Assembly: GCA_946499275.1 (NCBI GenBank)
Contig: CAMMRL010000001.1
Location: forward strand, 16,560-80,559
Direction: 5' to 3'
Origin: an uncultured Clostridia bacterium
GTDB taxonomy: Bacteria > Bacillota > Clostridia > Oscillospirales > Acutalibacteraceae
DNA length: 64,000 bases
The position numbers and the translations under genes are program-made. The notes beneath the pieces are model-generated. The model was not told the DNA's origin, searched no databases, and saw only the letters and a list, made by a program, of their open reading frames with translations. This document shows, piece by piece, positions 57,435-64,000 of this stretch; within the stretch, counting starts at the first letter, position 1; every line of letters starts with the position of its first letter.

Positions 57435-57620
57435 ATTGATAGATGGTTAGTTGGGGGTTTTGAGTAGGCCGGCGAGGGCCGGCGGTGCAGTTTAATCCAA
57501 TCGGCGGGGGTTCCGCCTTGGAATATATGCCCGGGTAGCTTAATGAGAGCGTTGTTATTCAAAGGTGTCGGTCCAAATCCGTCGCAGGGCAAAATTTATT
57601 TTTTAAGCGAGGTAACATCC

Positions 57621-57899
57621 ATGTACGAAGACAAGACTCTGGTTTGCAAAGAATGCGGTGCGGAATTCGTTTTCACCGCCGGTGAGCAGGAATTCTATGC
57701 GGAGAAAGGCTTTGTGAACGAGCCTCAGCGCTGCAAGGCTTGCCGCGACGCTCGTAAGAACGCGTCCAAGCCGGACCGCGAAATGCACACCGCCATTTGC
57801 GCGAACTGCGGCAAGGAAGCCAAAGTTCCCTTTAAGCCCCGCGAGGATCGCCCAGTTTATTGCAGCGAGTGCTTTGCGGCCATGAGAGGCGAAAACTAA
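57621..57899 (+). CDS. zinc-ribbon protein with two CxxC...CxxC units
   Basis: ATG 57621 lies 8 nt after GAGG. CKECG...CKAC and CANCG...CSEC are present. A terminator follows. Confidence 0.8.
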   Translation: MYEDKTLVCKECGAEFVFTAGEQEFYAEKGFVNEPQRCKACRDARKNASKPDREMHTAICANCGKEAKVPFKPREDRPVYCSECFAAMRGEN

Positions 57900-57950
57900 T
57901 CCCATATAGGGATGTGGTTTTTGCTGCGAGACATCGACATATTGATGTTG

Positions 57951-57988
57951 GAACCGAGCCGGAACAAATTGTTCCGGCTCGGTTTTCG
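57951..57988 (+). terminator. rho-independent terminator
   Basis: Stem gaaccgagccggaac / gttccggctcggtt followed by TTTCG. Confidence 0.75.
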
Positions 57989-58226
57989 TATGGAGGGAGA
58001 CATCCCTGAGAGCTAAAGGCTGGCCTGTCAACCGGATTTCAAACAATGAATGCTTTTCCTTGGTTGCCATAAGGGGATAAATTCCCCTTGGTTTCGGAGG
58101 GAAAAGGTATGGTTGATGGCGGAAATGGGTTGACATAGAGAAGAGATAACGAACCCTCCGCCCGGTCAGAACCTTGGCCGGGCGGAAAGTTCCGGTTTCC
58201 TGTGTGGGGATGCGCTTGGAATGCGC

Positions 58227-58790
58227 TTATGATCGTGAGGACATTTCAGCAAGCGCCTGCGCCCATATGTCCGGGAAGGTTTCCCGTACAAACGGAGCAA
58301 GAGGATGCTTTCCCTCTAGCAGGCGATGGTGGTGGATGGCGCTTAATACCATGTAACGTTGACCTTCTTTTTGCTCATCGGTTAACGTTTCATAGTGCCG
58401 AAGGCGGAGAAGTCCGGCCGATTCATAGCCCTGTAATAGGGAAAGCGCATCGTCCACCGGTTCACAGGCGGATACAGGTACCGTTTCCGTGCTGACCGCT
58501 GCTGTTGGGATCCCTTTGAGTTCTGATACCGAAAAATCGCCTTTGCAGGTATACAGATAGCCGGGCAGGCCGCCGTAAAAGCCGCGGAGCTGTCCGGGAA
58601 AGGCTTCGGTATAAACGGGCGTGCCGTCGGGGTCAAACCCATAGGTGTACCACATATAGGGGCGCTTGCAGAGATAGAACGCGGCTACCGGCTTGCTGGC
58701 GGACAGATACACCAGCGGCCGGCCATGTTCCGAGAGATGGGGGCGGAGCACCGTTAGCCCGCCGGTAGGGGAGCCGTGGTAATAGGTCAT
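58227..58790 (-). CDS. hypothetical protein
   Basis: ATG 58790 lies 8 nt after AAAGGAG and gives MTYYHGSPTGGL... No motif recognised. Confidence 0.55.
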   Translation of the reverse strand: MTYYHGSPTGGLTVLRPHLSEHGRPLVYLSASKPVAAFYLCKRPYMWYTYGFDPDGTPVYTEAFPGQLRGFYGGLPGYLYTCKGDFSVSELKGIPTAAVSTETVPVSACEPVDDALSLLQGYESAGLLRLRHYETLTDEQKEGQRYMVLSAIHHHRLLEGKHPLAPFVRETFPDIWAQALAEMSSRS

Positions 58791-58898
58791 CAGGATACTC
58801 CTTTCCATCATTCCGTGGCTTGAACATTGGATAAAGAAGAGCCGGCCTTTCCTCTGGCGAAGGCCGGCTTTCTGCGTCCATAATGGGGTTCGCTGCGG

Positions 58899-60053
58899 TT
58901 AGCGGAATGCTTTTTGATATACGCCAAGAACCAGTTCGTGGGTACAGGGACGGGGATTGCCGCCGGTGCAGACATCCGCCATCGCGGCGGTGGCCAGGTC
59001 GGGGAGATCTTCCTCTTTCACGCCGATTTCGCTGAGCGTCTGCGGGATGCCGACGTCCTTGGAAAGCTGGCGCACGGCGTTGATCGCGGCAGCGCGGTAT
59101 TCTTCGGCGGACATGGCGTCCACCCCTTCCACGCCCATAGCGCGGGCGATTTCGCGGAATTTTTCACCGGTGTAGTCCTTGTTGAACTCCATCACATAAG
59201 GCAGGAGCACCGCGTTGGCCACCCCGTGGGGGGTATCATAAAAGGCGCTGAGGGGATGCGCCATCCCGTGGACGACGCCCAGGCCGACGTTGGAGAAGGC
59301 CATGCCGGTTACATACTGCCCGAGCGCCATGTCTTCCCGGCCCTTCGGGTCGTTTTGTACGGCGGCGCGGAGCGAACGGGCGATGATCTTAATCGCCAGC
59401 AGATCCAGGGCGTCGGGAAGTTCCCAAGCGCCTAGGGTGGTATAGCCTTCAATTGCGTGCGTCAGCGCGTCCATACCGGTGGCGGCGGTCAGGCCGCGGG
59501 GCATGCTGGACATCATATCCGGATCCACGACGGCGACCACCGGAATGTCGTGCGGGTCAACGCAGACAAATTTACGGCGCTTTGCTTCGTCGGTAATTAC
59601 ATAGTTGATCGTGGTTTCGGCTGCGGTACCGGCGGTGGTGGGGACGGCGATGATCGGCATGCTCGGCTTTTTGGTGTTTACCGCGCCTTCCAAGCTGACC
59701 ACATCGCTGTATTCCGGGTTATTGATAATAATCCCGATCCCCTTGGCGGTGTCGATCGGGGAACCGCCGCCGATGGCGATCAGATAATCGGCCCCCGCGT
59801 TGCGGAAGGCATCGATACCGGCCTTCACCACCTCCACGGACGGGTTGGCCTTTACTTCATCGTATATGGTATACGTAAGGCCGGCTTCATCCAGCAGATC
59901 GGTCACATTTTTTACAACATGAAACTTTACCAGATCCTTGTCTGTAACGATTAGCGCATGCCGGAAACCGCGTTTCTTCGCTTCCACGGGGATCTCGCGG
60001 ATCGCGCCTTTGCCATGATAGCTGGTTTCGTTAAGAATCATACGATTTGCCAT
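58899..60053 (-). CDS. fucO: iron-containing alcohol dehydrogenase, lactaldehyde reductase (FucO)-like
   Basis: The N-terminus MANRMILNETSYHGKGA closely matches the E. coli FucO N-terminus as I recall it. Fe-ADH His motifs are present (GVVHGMAHP). Confidence 0.9.
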   Translation of the reverse strand: MANRMILNETSYHGKGAIREIPVEAKKRGFRHALIVTDKDLVKFHVVKNVTDLLDEAGLTYTIYDEVKANPSVEVVKAGIDAFRNAGADYLIAIGGGSPIDTAKGIGIIINNPEYSDVVSLEGAVNTKKPSMPIIAVPTTAGTAAETTINYVITDEAKRRKFVCVDPHDIPVVAVVDPDMMSSMPRGLTAATGMDALTHAIEGYTTLGAWELPDALDLLAIKIIARSLRAAVQNDPKGREDMALGQYVTGMAFSNVGLGVVHGMAHPLSAFYDTPHGVANAVLLPYVMEFNKDYTGEKFREIARAMGVEGVDAMSAEEYRAAAINAVRQLSKDVGIPQTLSEIGVKEEDLPDLATAAMADVCTGGNPRPCTHELVLGVYQKAFR

Positions 60054-60362
60054 AACCCGAACAACATCCTTTCTCATGATAATATCAATGGGATATACCG
60101 GGATAACTTCCCCGATCACCCGAACTTATGGTAGCACTTTTTCCCGTCCTTGACAATCATTGGAAGGAAAGATTCACGAAAACGTAACATCGTATGAATC
60201 CTCCGTGAAAAATGGGATAAACAGGTACGGCCTAAAGCCATAAACGGGCTGTTTGGCGGCGGTATGGAAGATGAGGAAAAAGAGGAAAGACATAGGCAGA
60301 TATCACACAGCAGCACCCTCCGTTATCGATTGCCAGAGGGCGCTGCTTTCTAATATACCGGC

Positions 60363-61010
60363 TCAAACCTCTATATCCACCAAGCGGTATTGCCGATGCC
60401 GGGCGGACCGCTCCTTTCTCCAGTTATATTCCAGAGCAAAGCGGCCGAAGCGGTCCAACGATGCGCCGTAACCCAGTTCCGGCGGCTGGTTGCCGCGGCA
60501 GTATTTCCGGTAGGTTTCAAAGGTATTCTTCGCCGCCAGGCCGGAAAGGCCGAAACAGCGGGCGAGTTCCGTTTCACTCTCGATCCTGCAGAGACGGATG
60601 AGAGGAAGTGGGGCAATCAGACAACTGGTGAGTTCATCCGCCGCCGCTTCCATAAAGCGTTCGTTTGGGCCGCCGGGCACCAGCGTGGAATTAAGCGGCA
60701 CGTGGCCCAGGTGAATATGGCAGTATTCATGCAGTAGCGTCCATCGGCGGCGGCTGCGAGGACGTACAAAGGGATTATAGACAATCAGATACTGGCTGTC
60801 CACACAGGTGGAAAAACCATCTTCCGACAAAGCGAGCAGATCGGCCTGGACTATGTCGGCCAAGGAAGAGAATTGGTCGTAGGTCAGAATTTTTATCCCC
60901 GCGCGGCAGGCTAGGACAACCGGATTGAGGGGGTAGGCGGATATGCCGTTTTCCAGCAGAATCCTTCCCGCTTCCTCGGTAGCGCGGCGATAGCTCGGCG
61001 AGTAGAACAT
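60363..61010 (-). CDS. ImmA/IrrE family metallo-endopeptidase
   Basis: HEXXH as HEYCHIHLGH. The ATG shares one nt with the stop of the upstream XRE gene (TAATG). Confidence 0.85.
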   Translation of the reverse strand: MFYSPSYRRATEEAGRILLENGISAYPLNPVVLACRAGIKILTYDQFSSLADIVQADLLALSEDGFSTCVDSQYLIVYNPFVRPRSRRRWTLLHEYCHIHLGHVPLNSTLVPGGPNERFMEAAADELTSCLIAPLPLIRLCRIESETELARCFGLSGLAAKNTFETYRKYCRGNQPPELGYGASLDRFGRFALEYNWRKERSARHRQYRLVDIEV

Positions 61011-61495
61011 TAGAAATCCTCGCCTTCGATCCCTTCGACTTTATGCGGGTTGAAGCGGCGGCCTTCTACCGCTTTTCCTGCAGCATCCTTGCTGCGGGCC
61101 ACGGCATAGAAAGCGATCCGTTCCTTGGGGCGGCGATATCGCCCGCCGGCGACCATATCTTCCGAAAGCCGCAGCAGCGTTTCCCGGCCTTCTTCGTTCA
61201 TAACCCGATAGTTATCGGCGAGCTGTTCCAGGTGTTGCTCCTCTTCGGTTAAAACGGCCGGAGGGCCGGAGGGCTCCCCTTGCCGGCGGAGGGTAGAGCG
61301 GCCGATGCTGTCCATGTCCAAACCCAGCGCGCGAAATACGCGAGCCACGGTGATGACGGCCGTACCATTGATGCCGCGTTTAAAGATGTTGTCTACGGTA
61401 GAGTACGGTAGACCGATAACCTGGGTAAAAGCGCGTACGCTGCGGTATTGATCCAAAATTTCCCGTTTGAGCTGTTCTTCAATGGTCAAGGGCAT
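61010..61495 (-). CDS. XRE-family helix-turn-helix transcriptional regulator
   Basis: ATG 61495 follows AAGGAGGGAG. HTH segment SVRAFTQVIGLPYSTVDNIFKRG. Confidence 0.85.
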   Translation of the reverse strand: MPLTIEEQLKREILDQYRSVRAFTQVIGLPYSTVDNIFKRGINGTAVITVARVFRALGLDMDSIGRSTLRRQGEPSGPPAVLTEEEQHLEQLADNYRVMNEEGRETLLRLSEDMVAGGRYRRPKERIAFYAVARSKDAAGKAVEGRRFNPHKVEGIEGEDF

Positions 61496-61561
61496 TGCCC
61501 GACACTCCCTCCTTACGGCGGTAACCGCCGTATCCGACAATTTTATGTAGCTTTTTCATTT

Positions 61562-61590
61562 AGTATATCGGAATTTTTATAAAAAAGCAA
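61562..61590 (-). promoter_or_regulatory. putative SigA-type promoter of the XRE-ImmA operon
   Basis: On the minus strand: TTGCTT, 17-nt spacer, TATACT. Confidence 0.5.
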
Positions 61591-61659
61591 GAAGATTTTC
61601 TTTATTGAGTAAATCGTTTCCATATTCTATGGGATGGTTCACTTTATATAGTGCAACGT

Positions 61660-61675
61660 ACAAAAGTGCTTTTGT
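61660..61675. promoter_or_regulatory. 16-bp palindrome, candidate operator in divergent intergenic region
   Basis: ACAAAAG-TG-CTTTTGT with perfect 7-bp arms. Confidence 0.4.
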
Positions 61676-61752
61676 TGGTTTATCAACTAGAGGAAAGGGA
61701 GTAACCAAATGCCCCCAATTGGCATAGCCTGTACTGTGAGGAGGTGATTCAG

Positions 61753-62358
61753 ATGAGAAGAATGAACCAATCGTCCCGTCACGGTTGCCCGTGTCAGTGC
61801 GGCAATACGCGTTCCGCTATGGGGGAAATGCCCAGTGAAACCGTTTCCGACTGCTGCGGCGGAACCATGAACGTTTATCGCATGGGATCCACGCCGTGGT
61901 ATCCCTGTGCTCCCGGAACCATGGCAGCCGATATTCTCAGCGCGCGTAACAACGACTGCGGCTGCTCCCGGAAAAACGACTGCGACAATTCCTACCCCGA
62001 GGTAGCCGGCGGAAATGACTGTGGATGCGTTTGCTCCGACAGCGGGAATTCCGGCTGCAACGGCTGGTCGGACCTCCGTAATGCGGTGGAACGTTGTGAA
62101 GCGGCGGCACGCGAAGCTTGTAAGGCGGCCAAAGAAGCGTGCGAGGCAGCCAAGGAAGCCAGAGAAGCAGCGCATGAAGCCTGCGAGGCGGCCAAGGAAG
62201 CAAACCAGGCATCCTGCGATGCGCAGGAATCCGCTTGTGAGAGCCGCGCAAGCGCCGAAAAGGCGGAGTGTGCAGCGTGCAAGGCTTGCGAGTGCGCGGA
62301 AGCGTCCTGCAATAACGGTTGCCGCGGCGGCAATGGCCGGAATAATAGCTGCCGTTAA
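61753..62358 (+). CDS. uncharacterised cysteine-rich repeat protein (26 Cys in 201 aa)
   Basis: ATG 61753 lies 8 nt after GAGGAGG. DCGC motifs and a helical repeat EAC(K/E)AAKEA occurring 3-4 times. No signal peptide. Confidence 0.65.
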   Translation: MRRMNQSSRHGCPCQCGNTRSAMGEMPSETVSDCCGGTMNVYRMGSTPWYPCAPGTMAADILSARNNDCGCSRKNDCDNSYPEVAGGNDCGCVCSDSGNSGCNGWSDLRNAVERCEAAAREACKAAKEACEAAKEAREAAHEACEAAKEANQASCDAQESACESRASAEKAECAACKACECAEASCNNGCRGGNGRNNSCR

Positions 62359-62419
62359 AGCGAATCGTAGCGTTCCAACGGATAAGTCAAAAAGGATATT
62401 TGTGAAACCGTCTTGCTTT

Positions 62420-62454
62420 CCGAAAGGCCGTCTCCATAAGAGACGGCCTTTCGG
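62420..62454 (+). terminator. strong hairpin, probable terminator (weak U-tract)
   Basis: 15-bp stem ccgaaaggccgtctc / gagacggcctttcgg. Confidence 0.5.
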
Positions 62455-62677
62455 TGTATGGGTGAGATATGGGAAAATCGAAACCAGGTTCGGGAACCCT
62501 GCAAAACAGAAAAACATGGGGCAGTTCTATTATCCGATCCGGCTGTTCTTGCTTTCCAGCGGATAGTGGTGTATGATAAATACCCGGAAAGGAAATCGGG
62601 AATAAAAAAGCTCGGTTATCCCATTACCAGGCGTTGGTTTCCCCGAGGGCGGCCAAGCCAGAAAAGGAGGCTGCCGT

Positions 62678-62872
62678 ATGCAGGCATATAACCCCATGCA
62701 GGACCGTATTGACAAGTTGGTGCTGTTTTACATCGCCCATCATTATGATGTGAGTGCGATGGAACCGGAAGAATTTGTCGACGTGTTCAATCAGACCGCA
62801 CATCGCGTAGTAGATTATCTCAACCGGGATAAGGACGAAACGGGCGGCGACGGTGAGAACTCGCAAAGCTGA
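62678..62872 (+). CDS. small hypothetical protein (64 aa)
   Basis: ATG 62678 lies 7 nt after AAGGAGG. A terminator follows. No homology recognised. Confidence 0.5.
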   Translation: MQAYNPMQDRIDKLVLFYIAHHYDVSAMEPEEFVDVFNQTAHRVVDYLNRDKDETGGDGENSQS

Positions 62873-62930
62873 AGAATTCCCCCTTTTGCTGCTCTACGCG
62901 GTCACGGAACAACCCAAACACAAAGGCTGA

Positions 62931-62964
62931 AAAAATCCCCCGGGAAATACCCCGGGGGATTTTT
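62931..62964 (+). terminator. rho-independent terminator
   Basis: Stem aaaaatcccccggg / cccgggggattttt. Confidence 0.8.
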
Positions 62965-63044
62965 GCGCGTTGCCCAGGGCGATTCGGGGTTTTACCGGTC
63001 CGGGCATGAAGCGGCAGTTATGTCGTATAAATGGAATAGGAGAC

Positions 63045-63335
63045 ATGGCAAATAGTCTGAAGCCGTTATACGAGAAAAAGGATCGGCATGGGGGGAGAAG
63101 AATGCTGTATATCGGAATTGGCCAAAACCGGGGGAAACGGTTGGAAAATGATGTGGATGCGCTGGCTTATGCTTTGGCTGCCCACGGGGTGGAACCGGTT
63201 GAAACAATAGCAGAGATAGGAGAAGAGTTCCGCCGGATGCTGCTAGAATGGGAATTTTCCGGGGATTGGCTGCGGTATCGGAACGAGGAAGAATACCTTA
63301 TCCAATCCGGAGAAGAGAAGGCATGGCCTTTCTGA
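63045..63335 (+). CDS. hypothetical protein, start uncertain
   Basis: ORF 62970-63335. Candidate starts are ATG 63045 and ATG 63102, both with sub-optimal SD spacing. Confidence 0.3.
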   Translation: MANSLKPLYEKKDRHGGRRMLYIGIGQNRGKRLENDVDALAYALAAHGVEPVETIAEIGEEFRRMLLEWEFSGDWLRYRNEEEYLIQSGEEKAWPF

Positions 63336-63698
63336 TGAGCGGGGAAATGGTATTGACCAAGGCACAGCAGAAAACTCGCAGAAGGGATTAGCTTAAAGAT
63401 GCCTTTGAAAATGCCGACGATCGGGTCGATCACCAACACTTACGGGCAAGTTCGTATGCTTACACCAGTCGGTTCCAGCCCCATCGGCTTTAGCCTGCAC
63501 GCCATCGCGGTCGGCTGGTGGAAATAGCATCTGCAGTAAATGATAGAAACGCCTGTATTTGTATCGGAGGAATATGTATCCTACGTAGATTTATAGAGAT
63601 TCATAGAGCTAATCATAAATTAGAGAATCGGCATTGCTAAATTAACCCCGGGAACAAGCCTGTTTTCAAAATATTTACATTTATATCCCAGACAGCCC

Positions 63699-63727
63699 TT
63701 GCGTTTTTTGCGGTTTCGCGCTATAGT
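63699..63727 (+). promoter_or_regulatory. putative SigA-type promoter of htpG
   Basis: TTGCGT, 17-nt spacer, TATAGT. Confidence 0.55.
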
Positions 63728-63731
63728 AGCA

Positions 63732-63758
63732 TTAGCACTCGGAACGCCAGAGTGCTAA
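63732..63758 (+). promoter_or_regulatory. CIRCE element (HrcA operator)
   Basis: TTAGCACTC-N9-GAGTGCTAA, a perfect match to the CIRCE consensus, 4 nt downstream of the -10 box. Confidence 0.9.
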
Positions 63759-63819
63759 TGCTGTTTTGGCATTGGCATCGATGCGCGGACCGAAAATCGA
63801 TGAAGGGAAGTATATTGGG

Positions 63820-64000
63820 ATGAGAACCAAACAATTTAAGGCTGAGTCCAAACGGTTATTGGACTTGATGATCAATTCTATTTACACGCATAAGGAGATC
63901 TTTTTGAGGGAGCTGATCTCCAATGCGAGTGATGCGATTGATAAGCTGTATTACCGTTCCCTGACGGACGGGCTGACCGGCGTGAACAGGGAGGACTTTT
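63820..64000 (+). CDS. htpG: molecular chaperone HtpG (Hsp90), 3'-partial at window end
   Basis: [45 protein letters not shown], the Hsp90 N-terminal signature. Confidence 0.92.
   Translation, partial: MRTKQFKAESKRLLDLMINSIYTHKEIFLRELISNASDAIDKLYYRSLTDGLTGVNREDF

Noticed and set aside
60310-60350. Hairpin agcagcaccctc...gagggcgctgct downstream of the ImmA gene, considered as its terminator
   Set aside because: The stem has a mismatch and there is no U-tract on the minus strand. It may still function, but the evidence is too weak to list as a feature.
63167-63439. 90-aa minus-strand ORF overlapping the hypothetical gene at 63045-63335
   Set aside because: It has no SD, is Ser-rich with low complexity, and overlaps a better (though still weak) plus-strand candidate.
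1-64000. Search by eye for CRISPR arrays, IS elements or transposases, integrases, rRNA, tmRNA, RNase P and SRP RNA signatures
   Set aside because: None was found. No regularly spaced repeats, no DDE/tyrosine/serine recombinase-like ORFs, and no matches to the conserved cores I can recall. A computational scan could still find small RNAs I missed.

Overview
The window reads as a high-GC chromosomal segment from a Clostridia-type anaerobe. This is inferred from gene content: NfnAB, AdhE, a FucO-like dehydrogenase, Na+-decarboxylase beta/gamma subunits, tepA-ftsK/spoIIIE, an ECF S-component and a CIRCE operator. I support about 57 protein-coding genes or gene remnants, one tRNA-Leu(GAG), and a set of sigma-A-type promoters and rho-independent terminators read directly from the sequence.

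Most of the window is housekeeping:
- RNA modification: RlmM-like methyltransferase, RsuA-like pseudouridine synthase.
- Cell division: ftsE-ftsX-M23 peptidase-S41 peptidase cluster, mltG, tepA, ftsK.
- Nucleotide, folate and CoA metabolism: thyX-tmk, 5-formyl-THF cyclo-ligase, coaX.
- DNA repair: pcrA.
- Carbon and redox metabolism: malQ, apgM, adhE, nfnAB, fucO-like.

No transposase, integrase, CRISPR array or rRNA is visible. The parts worth a second look are small accessory patches:
1. An orphan, low-GC, overlapping macrodomain + atypical sirtuin pair (SirTM-like ADP-ribosylation writer/eraser). It lacks the GcvH-L/LplA2 partners and sits against a decayed flavin-oxidase-like gene remnant.
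2. An XRE-ImmA regulatory pair, translationally coupled, divergent from a 13%-Cys repeat protein and followed by small orphan ORFs, wedged between fucO and a CIRCE-controlled htpG.
3. A second, unrelated 11.5%-Cys protein with CxC runs.
4. A tRNA-Leu with a consensus promoter whose terminator abuts a 5'-truncated MFS gene.
5. An ANT(6)/AadK-type gene whose conserved C-terminus is encoded in another frame.
6. A split version of the large double-ATPase activase/dehydratase-like protein of unknown substrate.
7. Several long leaders I could not assign to any RNA family by eye.

I cannot claim a clearly novel multi-gene system. The Sir2-macro cassette is the best candidate. All family assignments come from motif recognition, not database searches.
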